Shown here one piece after another: positions 23,462 to 38,500 of a stretch of 64,000 bases of DNA. The translations under genes were made by a program, and so were the position numbers. Positions within the stretch are counted from its first letter, which is position 1; the number at the start of each line of letters is the position of its first letter. This stretch comes from Phoronis australis. Lineage: Eukaryota; Animalia; Phoronida. Under the pieces are notes generated by a model, which had not been told where the DNA came from, did no database searches, and saw only the letters and a list, made by a program, of their open reading frames with translations. Where the stretch lies: NCBI GenBank assembly GCA_002633005.1, contig NMRA01000615.1, positions 124,001-188,000 on the forward strand, given 5' to 3'.

Positions 23462-26400
23462 CTACAAAACCAGTCAGAATTATTGCTTGCTGCACGCAGA
23501 CTCAGGATGGACAAAATTGTTTTGATGAACAGGTTTTTACTACGTGGAGTATGAGATAATTGTGCAAAAAGCAATATTTGTGAAAAACAAAAAATGCCCT
23601 TAAAAAAACAAATAATATCTGGATGTGAAAAAATACAAAATGCTGGCAAAGTATTTTACAGATTTAAAATGCTTTCAGAAGGAACTGGTAACCTTCATTT
23701 TGGTACAAAAAATTCACTTTTTCTCGCAAGACCTGGTGTCCCTAAATTGAAAACATGTCCACCATTTGATCACTGATGAAAGAAGCAACGAAAGTAAAAA
23801 AAGAAAAAGAACTGCATCTTTCATCAGCAAATCAGGGTAAATAACTTTTCTGACGCATCACAAGGACATTCTCACTTAAACAACATATTATTTTCGCATC
23901 AAATAAATGGACCTTTTCTCATGAGCAGCACCGTTTTTTTGGTGCCACAATCCCATTCTAGTCAATGCCATTCTCTTCTCAAACATTTGTGTCTGCTGAC
24001 ATCAAACGTTCACAATGTAACAGCTGCCCGATTTTCATAAGAAAAACAAAGGGAACATTAAAATGCACATTTAATCCTGAAACCATTACACCATGTGCCC
24101 ATACAAGAGTGCGTGTCTTTCCGAATGTAGAGGACTCTGAGAAACCAAGAAACTGTAGGAGCTAGCAGTGCTTAATACCAATTATTTTTCTAATCAACAA
24201 AATCAGAATATACAGGAATATTTGGCACAACTGGGTAAGATTTTGGCAACTTTATTAAATGAAAGATAAGTTATGTAAACCAAGATTAAACTTAAAACGA
24301 AATGAATTTAATTTTCCATTTGTGCCACATATAATCATTTAAGAAATGGAGTTCCCGAGTGAATCCTCCCTTCTAGACTTTTTTGTAATTGTGAAGTTGT
24401 TAATTAAGGCACTTGATCACACCAAGTGTAACCTGTATTGCTTACATGTTAGTTTTGTATCAGGTGACTAAGCCCAAGAGGCTGGGAATGTACTGCATGA
24501 AATTAAGCCTGTTCTAGCTGTATTGCATTCTGGGACGCCTCCAGGTCACTAAACGCAGACATATTTGACGTATTTCGCGAACTACCAGGTATGGTCTACA
24601 GTGTCTTTGGCACAGGGATTTGTTCTTCTGACAAGCGCGTAGAGAAATGTGAATTATGATGAAAAGAGCAGGTGATATTAAAAAGGTACGGTGTTCACGA
24701 GAAAGATGCCCTGTTAACAAGAACGCTCATGAACAAGAACAAGTTTGGAATCATTATATTGTAAGTCACAAAAACCACAAAAATTCAATCACAGTATAGT
24801 ACACTGACTAAGTCTTAACATCACGGCTTCATGAAACTGAATGGTTATCAAGTAAATAGTAAGTCTTCACTAGCTTAGCCTAGTGCAAAATACATGGCTG
24901 ACAAGTGATATTCAATTTTGTCACATTTCTCTACAAAAACAACAAATTAAGACAATTTTAGTCTGTTATTAGCATTGTTGTCGCTGTTTAGATGTCATAA
25001 ACTTTTGGTAATTTCTCTACATTACTTGTAGTAAAGTTATCAAACTTTAAAAAATGGACAAACACTATTTTGGCAACGAATTTTGAGCAAAATAAGTGGA
25101 TAACTGCTACAAGTTTTCTCTAGTTCATGCTGTAATTCATAATCTATTACAAGATTATATTACTTACTTCTTCTGTCTGTGGCAGGTGTGCCGGCCCGCG
25201 AGGTGGCGCGTGACGATGCCAACGACAGTCGTTCTCGCTCGTCCATGATTTGGTCAGACATCACCTGAAATAACAATTCAGCAGGTGTCTTAAGAATAAG
25301 AAAAAGTGACACTGACACAGAATAGGATAAAGTGTACCAACTAAACATCAAAAACTGGTGATAGTAATTTTGATGAAGTTAGAAGATTTCTAATTGAGAA
25401 GTTAACAAGTAAATTGCAAATCAGTTCTCCTTTCAGCTGCCAGGGGGCGACACAATCCCACATGCTCATTCTCTCTTCACAGCTTGCATGAAAAATTTTA
25501 CACAATTCAAAGATTTTTTAATCTCCGACTCGAGTAATCGTTAAACTCGCCATCTATTCAGTTTCAAAATGAATTATAAATTATTGAAAATATTCACAAT
25601 AGTAACAGCTGATAAACTGTGTGGCCATAATCACTTCTGGTGCCAACGCAAAAAGCAACAGCGGCCACGAATGGATTCGTGTTTAATAGAAAGTCACAAT
25701 TTATCACATTTCAAATTTTTCAAAACATCACAGAAAAGACTCAATTGTCACATCTTCTGTGATTTTGTCAAATATGTGCGACACAATATTTGTTAGAGAA
25801 ATTGATAATTTTGCAATTTGTGTAAAAAGATCATAACTCGACGCATCAAAATAACTGCAAGGCCCAGCAAATATCTCATATTTTGCCACAGAATTCTCAA
25901 AATAACATAAAATGTCACACAATTTCAGGCAAGGGACTGATCTGTCACAGAATGTCACCATGTCAAAGAGAATCCATTCTCTTTAACAGTCCACATGCAG
26001 TGACACCTTCTCAAACACCACATATAAACCCCATCAGCCAAGACAAATATACAAAACTTCACAACACTGAGCTCACCATGGCTTTCATTACGGTTTTCTT
26101 GCGCCTCTCCTGCAACTTCTTTTCTCTGTCCTTCTTAGCGTCTTTCCTCTGCTCGAGGTCGCCTCGCATTGCCCGCATTTTTTTCTCCGGCGGTGGACTT
26201 GTACTCTCAGTCTGCCCAGCACTGCCATTTGCATGGCCATTTTGAACACTGACATTTTTAATGAGTCCGTTTTTCTCATGCCCGTTTGTTTGTCCATTGG
26301 CAATCTGGTTGCCTGCAATGACAATACAAATAAAGTAAAAACAAAATTCATGGGTTATCATTATTTTTGGGGTAAATCAATACAATGAAAATATTCGGAT

Positions 26401-26528
26401 AAAAAAGGATAGTGTCTGTTGTAAGTCTCATCCGGCGGATGTGTGCGGATTCCGCACACAGACTTACCCAATAACAACTTGCACTAGTGCAACTTGCCCC
26501 TCTTGAGTGTCCACACACACACACACAG

Positions 26529-26575
<47 letters not shown>

Positions 26576-29500
26576 TATCCGATAACTTAAGGCTAAGGCG
26601 AAGTTGTCGCTCTGTACGTGACAATGAACAGCTGATGCGAATACGGCACTCAAAAGGAAGAACAGCGTCTGTACAGCAGATAATTTAACTTCCGCCTTGC
26701 CCCAGGTTTATGACCGCACAATGATTACAAGTGGCACAAGTTACCCTACCTCGACAACGTATAGTCACAAGTGGGGTAAGTTGCACTAGTTTAAATAGTG
26801 TCCACACAGCCCTCAAATCTATCGACATGGGACTGAACTCGTTCAGGAATATCTTGTTCTGGGGTAAGTTTGAATATGGACGACACTTAAGACACAGTAA
26901 ATGTCAGTGTGAAGCGTAGGATTGAGCCAGCTAGGGTCAGAGGTTCAACCCGGCCCCCCCCCCCTCAGGACAGGATAAAAAAATAGAAAGATGTCACCAG
27001 GAAAACGAAATCAGTTACTAACAACCAAAAAAAACTTACACTGGAGGAGGGAAACACCCTCCCGACCTTCCCTCCGTTCGGCGCTACTGAAAACGTAAAT
27101 CTGCCACTGAGGGTATACATAGTCATATAATCTCAGTGATTAGCTAGTAGCACCATCTAGTGTTTGGTCCAGCCTACCCACAACTGCATTGTTTTGGGGG
27201 AATAAATTAATGACAAGTGTTGAATGAGCTGGTTATTAGGTCCACCCTACAATAACAATAACTTTGACAGTCAATTCTTCAGCAATTGCTTTTAAGTTAT
27301 GCCATAAAAATGTTCTAGTCATGTTTATATTCACAAGTAAGCAAGCTTAGAAAAAAGATTCCAGACATTGCTGTGATCATAATGGACAACAAAATACACT
27401 CCAGCCAACCAAGGACAATGGTCACTCACAAAATACCAAGCGACATTTTCTGTCAATGCCAAATGCAAGGGTTGAAAATACTTTAATGCTGAGAATATGG
27501 TCAATAAATTAAATGTTAACCTAATCCTCAGCGGCAGTATTCTTGGTCAACAATGGTTACCACAAAACTACTCAACAAATTTAATATGGTTGCGATAACC
27601 AAATATTTCCTAAACAAACAGTGCATTAGTAAAGCATACAAGTATCAGCCTTTCAGGAGTTGGCAGGCCATAAAATATTAACTCCTGAAGCACATATGCC
27701 AATTGAAGCATAGCATGACTACAAACAGAATATGCATTATTCATCACTGTTTGAGGGCACTAAATTTTGATTACGATTTTACGGGTTATCAAATTTCCGT
27801 TTCCTCTTTACAACAGAATTTTTTTAAAACTGCCCTGCAAACATGCAATGTCAACACGTGATTATGAATATGAGGAACAGCTGGAACCAGATCATATGTG
27901 GAGCGAGCTGAAAATATCCGCTGCGATACTAAAAAACATTGCTGTAGCATTTTTCCTTTATAGTTGTGCCTACGACAAGGAACGTGGAACCATGGGATTT
28001 GAATGACCAATGAAAAAAAGAGGAAAATTTTTTAGGTGACGCATCGTTCCACAAATACTTGTGTGATAGAAATATTACTTTGTGTTGTAAAATTTAACTG
28101 CATGAATAAAATCAAAATAATGATAGAAAAGAGATAAAAAAGAGGAAACTGAAAATCAAGTAAAAGGAAATTGAAACCAAAAAAGAGGAAATCCTCGTAA
28201 AAGAGGAAAATTCCAAGCCCTGTACCAGGGAAAATCTTCTTGAAAAGCACACAACTACGTCTTTATAGTACCGGTAATACACTGACAAGGTACAGTAATT
28301 CTTCGTGCCACCTTAAGTGGATTTTATTTTGTAACATATCAAAATAAAAATCAGGATTAAGAAAATTTTAGTCTGTTGCAGCGAGGTATTAGTAATCAGT
28401 CTTAATTTGTAAGAGAGGAAAATCACAACTTTGGTAATTATTTCTGTGCCAAATATTGTCAGGAGACTTAAGCCTTGAACTCAACCAAATCAATAGGTCA
28501 ACAAACACTCTCAACTGTGCTATGTAGATAAACATTTGTCTCATTCATCTGGTGACCGCTACTTTCGATTTCAATACACAGAACACAAAATCGATCAGCT
28601 CTGGCTCCAAAAGAATCTACAGTCCAACAGAGTTTCACCTGTATCTATTGATTAAGATTGATTAGGTTTTATATAGTAAAACTTATCCAACCACCAAGTT
28701 GCTAATTCAATCAGACACCTGAGCCAATTCTGGCAATGAGGGCGCTGCATTCAAGAAATAATGCCACAATATTCTATACATTTGCTTAGCATTAAATAAA
28801 TCAAAATATTTTAATAATTTTGACCTTCAAAAAATGTCAACTTTCCAAGAGTAAAACATTACAAAGCTGACAGACGTTTGGGGATGAAATACCTGAGAAA
28901 TGATACTAAACCTCTCGGGCATTCTTAAATTCTTAGAAACCGAGGGATTTACATTACAAACAAGTCCGTTGTTGTCATGAGTGGTCCAGGAGAGAGCAGG
29001 TTTTCAAATACTGGTGCTAGTAATGCTCAGAAGAACATTCCATAGAACAGTAAGTTTCTTTGGACAAATACAAGATTACTACCATGTGAACACAACAGTG
29101 CGTATTGCATGCAGAACATGGCATTGGTGACACTGGTCTTTTGTAAAGGGTTATGGTACCTGGCTATTGACAGGTACCATATTAAGTACAGGGTACCATG
29201 GACGCTTTCTTAATGTCCAGTACTCACACCATGATTTACCTTAATTGACAATTCATTTTCAACTATTGAACTTTCCTGAACAGTCAAACAATTGAAGGTG
29301 ACCTTCAATAGCAACCTCACCTCCAAACAACATATGCTCAAGAGACTACTTACTTGAACATTTGAACAAAAAGATGGCAAATTAAGAAAACATTATATTT
29401 GGAAAACCATGTGATTATAGCCAGTCACTCTAAACCCTGTGTCACAAAATGGCGGAATGAATGGCGTCCAAAGAAATACAACAATCCTACTGCCGTGGCC

Positions 29501-32500
29501 GGGTAAACACATTGCCAAGTACATTTTTGGTAAAAAGGTGAGATCTTATCAAAATGCTAAACATACACCAGGTTATTCAACCAAACAAAATGAGTCCCTG
29601 AGGCTTTGACATACTATATCCTCATTCAGAACATAGTACAACAATCCTTTTGGATACCACCATTGGCCATTTATGATTTGTGATTGGGCCAAAAAGCATT
29701 AAGTTTGTTTTGGTCTCTGTTCTTTTTTTAACAATCGATTTGTTGGTGCAAGAATTTTTAGTAGCTCACTGTAAATGCACCCGAGGTGAGCAAACACGAT
29801 GGGGGATTTCTTTTTCTTGCTCACAAAACCATAGTGTTCCAATCGCGGCATTCCAAATCTTGTTTACCCTAGCTTAAGTGTAACTTTTCAACAAAAAATG
29901 CGACCTTGGGTGAAACTGATTCTGGTTACTTTTTGTTTTCTTAGTCGAAGAGCGCAGGTCCCAAAATAAAGTGGTGATTACCAAGATTACATGTATAATA
30001 CAACAAGATTTTACTGAATAGTTTAAGACTTTGTGAGATTACGTGAGATATGGCCGTGTATTTTAAATGAGAACACGTGACCTTGGCTAGATTTTAGCTA
30101 GGTCCTAGCATTACTGAACACACCACGCCAGGTCCTATTTGCCAAGTTATTTAAAACTCCACACCAGAGCAAATGTTACGAAAAGTTATCCAACGCCAGA
30201 CAAATTTATTTCTATTGTTGCCTTCATGTCACTACTCTATGCTCCAAAATCAATTAACCACTGAGAGTAAATATATGGGTGTTTCTGTGATTATTGGTTC
30301 CCATACAACAAGCCAAACAGTTCACTGTTGCCATAATATCAAGACTCTGTGTAATAGAAAACGTCATATCTCAAGGGCACAATTACAACTAAATGGGGCG
30401 AGTAAACAATCCCTTCCAATGACATACTTGGTGTGCCAGTGTCACAAATAAACTATCTGAGCTTCAGATCTGTACAAAAATAATTCATAAGGGAAGAAAA
30501 AAAGAATCGATGAAAGCTAGAATGAGCTTGAATGAAAACTTGTGTTTGTTTTCCAATTTGCGAACAAACACCTGACAAATCCACCGAGATGAGGTCTTAA
30601 TCCTTCATCAGCGAAGTAGGAACCTGCAGTATGTATATCCCCCAACAGGGGGCTCTTTTCTTCTAGTACTGAAACACGTACATTTTTTCAGCAGGTTATA
30701 CAAGTAAGCATGGGTTGTTTACGTATCCTGTATTGAAGAAAAATTACCCGGTACATGATCAGAACTAACTTGATTTGAGTCATTTTCTGTCAGGAAATAA
30801 AATGGAAATACCTGCCTTCAATACATTTTAGACCATTTCAATCCAGTCTCAGAGTAGCAGACAATAGCTGCCAACATTTGAGAATGAAAAAGAAAAAACA
30901 AGACACTTTAAAGTTGGAAATCCAGACACAAAGAGAAACATCAGCATCTATTCCAATGCACAAAGGTAAATGACCTTCACAACACTCGAAAATGCCCTGA
31001 CAGCATTTTTATTAGTGAAACTGAAAATCCCAATAATATATCATGAATTAATTTTGCCATGTGTCAAAAAGTGGGATATTTTAATGGTGTGGCAGGATGT
31101 ACAACAAATCTTTAAGAAGCATGGCAGGTCCCATCAAAATTGGAGGAACGGTCAGTGAGCAAGCGTGACCAGATAACGCTATGGAAACACTCTTCAAACA
31201 GGTAAGTGGTAATTAACCAATCGCGTGAGGTTTTGGTTGTTTCAGACTTAACTCATGTGAGTTTTGCAAATTTGCAATGCCTATTCTAAATACTTCTGAC
31301 AAAATACCCAAAGCACAGTTTGAAGAATGCATACAGCCCAAACAGTAATGTGCAGACAGTCTCTAACACATTAGACTTTGTAAATGGTCAAAAATTGCTG
31401 TGGTTGCATAATTCCCATTAAAACTCTCATTCATGGTAATGTCAGGAGCCAATAAGGAAGTCTAGGCTTGAATGACAACATTGTTCCAGCGCAAGACCAC
31501 TTGGCATTCTACCAAATCTGTGAAACAGATTCCTGTACAGAACAGGTGAGAGAGATTCATACCTAAACAGTAGTCGTCTCTCCTTACTTGGGCTTAGAAA
31601 TAACCTCCACAATACAATAACCAAAATTTATACCTTCCCACAATTTTGTGACCATTGACGCACTGAAACATTCATCAAAACTTCGAAACAGGAATTAATT
31701 ATTAATTTATATAAAAATGTTCCCCTTTTTGGTAGATCCACAGTTTGTCGTCTCTAAATCTTACAAATTATATTTCCAAAAATCTCTGACAGATACCATA
31801 TTCAGTCAATGATTTTGTTAGCTTCAAGTCAATTCTTATACAACCCAATCAGAGTGCGAGATTATTTCTTCAAAATGACATCTGCAATCCAGCCTTCCAA
31901 TGTACCGTTCACAAAAAATAGGTTATAACATTCAAAACCTCGGTCTGACCACTTGACAAGAGGTAACTGCAGAGTAGATATAACCCTCTCACTGTGATGG
32001 TAGTTCAGTGAGAGGTATAACCATTGTAACTTGGTGTCAACAGGGCTGTTACAAAAGCTATGATTCAGTAAGGGGCACTGCTGCCAAATCTCTAAGTTGG
32101 AAATAATGGGGCACCAAGGCACTTATCTGTGTGAATGGGAAAGCGATAGCACTGACTAATATCGACTATAGCCCCAAACTAGAACTACGACATTAAGTAT
32201 CAGTGTGAATGGTTTTTAGATGCTATGTCTCACTAAAACCGTGAATATTGAAATTTGTAGCAAGCGCCACCTAGTGACTTTCTGCAGAACTGTGTGTACA
32301 AGTATAATCAGGAAAAGAAACAATTTGTTATATAAATTGCGGTTCTAAAGAAAGCACCACAACTGATACACTTAAAAACAAATGTGAACATATAAAAAGC
32401 CATAGTTAATACCAATTATTACATAATCGTTATTTGATAGTGAAATGAACAAAGAACAAAAACTGTGCCATGTTTCATTAGGGTTGCGCTGACAATTACC

Positions 32501-35500
32501 TTACTCATTTACATAAAAATAGTCTCGAAAAACGTTACTTTTGCGAGATAGTAATGGCAGCTGGTTCTCGGATGGTTTCCGGCACACCAGAAGACTCGGC
32601 GTTATTTGTAAACAAGTACTTCATTTGCATATTAAAAATTTAATAACTACAAGACATAGCATCTTCAAGGAAGTACTTCAACAGCTGCAACTGCAGAAAG
32701 AACTACAAGCTAGCTTAGTGACAGGGTCCTCAGATCTGAGTTTGGGTTGAACCATATATCATTTATTACCTCAGCTTTGTACCTAAACTGATAAACAGTT
32801 CATGAAATGGTAATCAGCTGTCTACCTTCAGTTGATAACAGTGAATTTATGAGAGGGACAGACAGCATTGCAGGGGGTATCTTACGCAAACATGTCAACT
32901 CAATGGCATCAAATAGCATTTCATAGTCTTTATGGCCACCAGGAAAGAACAGATTTTCAAAAGTACTTTTGATGTATTAATGGCAGGTTTTGATTTCGCC
33001 TCACAACTTTCCATTATACTTCCTTTGTCAATATGAAAAATGCATATTTTTTCGGATTTTTTCAAAATCTTACAGAATAGAGAATGCTGGCTCATAATAG
33101 GTTGATAGGTATATATTTACTGAATGAATACATGACATGCCATAAAAGTCCACCTTTCATTTACAACCAAATAAGCATGGATGTCTGTAGACAGACTTCA
33201 TTACCCTAGTGCTCATAACAGCTCTGGGAACTGCTTATTGGCCGATCCACAATGAAAAGTTGGCTAGAAAAACAATAACCGATTTGAAAAACTTATAGGA
33301 GAGGCATGTCTTTACAGTAACATACCACACTGTTCCAGTAATTTTATTTGGGGTCAAAAAATAACGTCAACAGTTATTTGTTATGGTTGACCTGAGAAAC
33401 TTAAAGAAATCCATTTTTGATATCCTGGATGACGCCGCCCAGATCGGCAAGCTCTGAAAGCCACCAAACATGGCACATGGCCAACAGCCCCTGGTATGAC
33501 AGACATCAGGGGATCTTAATTGAGTAAACATAGAGCCCATGAATTTATTTTCATCTGGTATTAATAATCCAGTTTAATTTGATAGAACTGCAAGGCCAAA
33601 GAATTTTTTGTCATGGGTGCAATATGTTTCCAACGGAGAAATTCCCCAATTTGGGAGTGAAAAAGTAATTACTTAGCCCAATGCAGGAGCTTGTACCAAA
33701 TTTTAGAAATAGGCAACACTGGCCATTCCAAATTCAAGGATTACCAGAAAGACAGCAATATTAACCAAGTTGGAAATTCTGTAATTTATGTGGTAGGATA
33801 CAGGCAATATTTTCAACTGAGCTGTTTATACTGCGCAAAATGTTACCATTAATATTAAGAACCACGGTTAACTCAGCACATGAGTGATTTGTACAGCACT
33901 TACAAACCAAAACAATAAAGCAAATAAGGTAAATTTTCTTGAATAAATACTGGGACATTTTCAAGTGCATTGCACAGTAAAATGCAGCGCCTGGCTCAAA
34001 ATGCCCACGCTCAGCGAATACTCTTGGTATTTATGGTTTATTTGAGAAGGCACAACATGTCACATCCTTGAATGTCAGTGAAATAACATGAAGAGATATT
34101 GAGAGTGCTTCATCATTGACCAGTGAGATCATTAAAGCACCAGTTAAATACCATAAACCGCACCCCCTTTAGTCGCACCCCCTTTAGTCGTGTTAAAAAC
34201 AAAATAACCTTTTGAAACGCAGAACACTAAAGTGGCCATAGATTTAGTAACAACTCTTTCCTACTTGGAATAGATTTTGATTTGTTAGATTGGAAGCGGA
34301 TAAAATAGGATAAAATAATCTTTCGGTAAAATTGGAGTTGGTATGGCAACAGTGTACATTTGTAGGTTGAGAGTACTATTCAGGTACACAGCATTATGGG
34401 AAACTACCAGAATGTTTGATCACTGTGGTATTTAAGAATGAGGGTCTTCTGACAAAGGATAGAATGCGACAAAATTAGGTGCAGAAGCTTCAGCGACAGG
34501 AGAAAGTGGGTTTGAATGTTATGCAGAACACGAGAAAAATGTCCAATTTTGGCCAACTTAGGAATATCATATCCCACAAATGAATGCCTGGTTGGATTCA
34601 CGTGAAATTTTTAAATGTTATGCTGTCTGCATTGTAGTCCAAAACCTTGTCAAGAATTGTGTTTAAATGTTCCACTTTTGTATGAGTGGCTATCAAAAAT
34701 ATTTCTTATGAAAAAATTTTAAAGTTCCATAAAACAAAAAGAAAACCATAAATTAGGAAACTGTTATTTTGCTTTGACTGTACCTTTTGTTTTGGGTAAA
34801 TTTTCCTAACTAGGTAATTGGGTTATGTGACCTAATTAGTGTGAAACAGTACATACTTTTGTTGAGTTAAATTTTATAGTTTTGTAGATATTTGGTTAAA
34901 TGAAAAGATATGTATACATGACCTTAATATTGAAATCAAATCTGTCAGACTTCATGACCCAAAACAAAGATTTTTTACATAGCTTACACGATGCCAACAA
35001 AACTTTGACCACGAAATCTAAGGATTTTTCAAGGACTTTTAGGGTTACTATATATAAAAAGTTAGTAAAGCTCCGTTGCATAAACACTGTAACTGAGAAA
35101 ATCTTTAAAAGAAGCAATCAAATTAGCAAACTTAATGCCATATACTTTTTTTACTTTGACGCATAAAATATTCATCAAGAAAAAAGGCTGTTTTCCGTGA
35201 TTAAAAAGTTTTTTGCGGTTATGAAAAATTAACACAGCACACACCTACTTATAATTAGGTCTTTCAACTTTTCAGGGCAAAAAGCTCAAACTCAAGGACT
35301 CTTAAAGGTCAGAATCAAATTCAAGGACTACTACAAGACCAAGACTCTAAATTCAAGTCCTTAGAAACCCTGGAGTGTGCAAACCATGAGCCAAGCCAAT
35401 CACTGCATGGTGATCCAACAATAAACATTTACAAGTGCCCTAGTGTTAAAAGGTTTAACTTCAAATACTCTGATGATAAGAAGCTAACAAAAAAGTGCAT

Positions 35501-38500
35501 TTATCAGTACCCTAAGAGTCCTGTTTCCTCATTGGTTATGACAAAGTAGATACTTAGGTATTTTCATACAACACTTTTTAGAAACCTTAGGGGAGTGCAG
35601 TAGCTTACTCAAAGCAATACCAGATCATAGCTTCAGATAATTATTATAGCTTGTCACACCTTGTGAAAGGTGCATCAATCACTGGGGATGTTTTCTACAG
35701 TGAACCAGGCCTGTATCTTGAGGCTGTCCAGGGTGTCCAAAATAGTTTCCTACGTTCCAGTTCAACACCACGGATACAATCAAACAATGTTTTGAAAAAT
35801 GTGTCATTCTCAAGGTTAGAAGCTGTTGATAAAAACAAAAATGGTCATTTTTGGTACTAAGTTACAAATTCTCCAATTTGTTACAGAAAAATTAATTATT
35901 ATTTTGCTCAAAGCAGGAGGCTGTAATAAATTTTAGAAATAGACATTATTGGTTGCCTAAAATAAAAGATATACGAGAAAGACCAACCATAGAAAAAGGC
36001 AACAGTCCCAAATTCAAGAATTATGAGAAAGACGGATTTTGCAAAAATTTGCGTTGGCAGTTATTTTTGATGATTTCATGTCAGACTTTGCACATAAAAA
36101 TGCTGTGTCCGATATTTGATAAGTATGATGGATGCCACAGGTATGCATGTCCAAATCTTCTGAATGAAGAAAATTAAATTTTGGCATAAACTTCAATGCT
36201 CCAAATTTTGGAAACTGTGGCAAACTAGAGAATTTTTCCTGCAAGTTTAATGAGATTTAACCAGACTCTTTTACCGCCTCATGTATACAAGCGGTTCACA
36301 AATCCTGATTTATAAAAATGTCAACATTTTGGGGGTGGGGGAAGAGAAGGTCGGAATAAGTACATGTTTCGTGCACTCGTGAAAACCGACAATTTTGAAA
36401 GGTCCTTGGCTCGTACTGTTAGACGTCATAACACTTCATGTTTTGGATGCCCCCAGTTGCTACCCACAACAAAGTTAAACGCTAATCCCAGATCAGGTCT
36501 CACACCAAATCAAATAGAAATATTGATAACATTAATCGTCTATATCATTTGCATGCCATTCATATGTTGAGATAAAACATTCATTATGAGGGTAACACCA
36601 TACACAGTCAGAAATGATTTCGTTCACTAAATAATTTGGTAGAAACCAATACTTCACACGGCTCTGTGTAGCATCATTTTCACAAATACGGATACATCTG
36701 AACTAGGAACACTTACGGAAAAAAATAGTTCCCAAAATTTATCTTTTGTCCAAGTCTTCAAACGATAGAGGGAATTCCCACAATTTCTTAAAAACATTGT
36801 TGGGTGGCAACCATGGTACAGAACTGAAGCTCATTTTTTCAAATGAGAAAATGAACTTTCACTTTTCTACCAAGTTCCGTCCTAAATAGTTGAGGTTCTA
36901 TCATACAAATCTGCCAGATGAACGCGCGGACATTGGGGAACTACAAACCCCAGAGGCGGATCTACAGGGGGGTTTCAGGGGGTTTAAACCCCCCCTCGGG
37001 ACAGGATCAAAAATAAAAACTGGAAAAAAAATCGCCAGAAAAACGAAATTAGCTACTAAAAATCCCAAAAAATCTTACACGGGAGGAGGGAAACCCCCTC
37101 GCGACCTTCCTTCCCCCCTTACTGAAATCGTAGATCTGCCACTGCAAACCCACATTTTGTCCCAGAAATGAACTTTTAATTTAGATGTCTTACCCAACTA
37201 AAAATGTCTAAAGTGCCATTTACACTACAAAAGTTGACATGGATCAACTGACACAGAACCAGATGTTCAAGCACAAGTATGTGTGTAAACGGTTCTGAAC
37301 TGGAGCAAATTGACACCGTGGTGACAACTTTTACCACCGGTTTGTGAGGTAGAGCAATTTGCGCTAGAACTGATGATCTTGCTCGGTGTCAATTATGTGT
37401 CTAAACACAAAACTGGGGCAAGGCAGAAAAGATCATTTGTACTGCACCTGTGTAATGACCTAAATACAGGTTCTCTGTCTCTTCAACTCAAGTCATTTGT
37501 AAACCTGCGGATGTGTGATCCACTCTCCAGACTAAAATTTCCGTCTTGCCACATTTAGTGAGTTGTGTACAAACGGATGCTAATGATACCTGCTCCATGT
37601 CAGTTGCGCCCCGCAAAAAGTTGATGTCTAAACAGGAGTATATGCTCCTCCCTTACTCAAGTGTAATGTGATTTCTAGGTCTGCAAAGAACTGGCAGTGT
37701 CTTGACACTCTGTACCATGTGTAAACTGACATCTGCAACAGGCCAAATTGTCCAATCTGGTCTCTAGTACTAACAAACTGTGTCAGTTCTTTCAAAGCCC
37801 TGCCAGTAATCACATCCAACATGACTAAAGGGCCTTTCATACTGACAACACTGTCACCTACCATTCACTTCAAAGTCTGTTTTAACTACGGAAGCCAGTG
37901 TGAACAGTTAAGTTAACATAGCGGTTTAGGTCGACATTCCATACAGACGGGAGTTAAGTCAGCATGAAAAGATTCTATACAAACTAAAAAATTACAAAAG
38001 CTGTTAAGATAACAGCACAGGAATTTAAAAAAAGAACAGGCCAACCTTTCAATAAGTCAAGGAAATTTTAAAGGCAGTTATATGCACTGGCCGAACGATT
38101 CCGACTTCCATTTGCTTAGTATTCTGAGTACAGGCTCAGCTGAGGGCAAAGAGACTATGGCCACCTCACATTTTTACCGCATCTGCACATCACCAAATAA
38201 AATCTAACAAGCCCTAAGTAATTGACTTCAAGATAAATCTCCATTGTCCCTATCTTTGTTACTCGTTGTCAGCTCCCCCCCATGGATAAGATCCTGGATC
38301 CACCACTGAATAATCTGTAACAATTCCACCTATCTATGAATAAGTTTTCAGAGTCTATAAGTGTAATCCGTTTTACAGTAAATCAAAATTAGCTTCACTC
38401 AGTTTAAATGTTCATGGCACAACTAAAATTTATAAATCCTAAGTTAAAGCACATGAGCTAGCTCAGCTTAGCACATAAGCTAGCTCAGCTTAGCACATGA

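Noticed and set aside
26348-26688. CVCVCV / HTHTHT ORFs
   Set aside because: (CA)n microsatellite.
27990-35372. Degenerate element ends (AAGAGGAAA runs ending AAGCCCTG at ~28220; TCAAGGACT runs ending AAACCCTG at ~35370)
   Set aside because: Probably old hAT MITEs, but matching left TIRs and TSDs could not be established.
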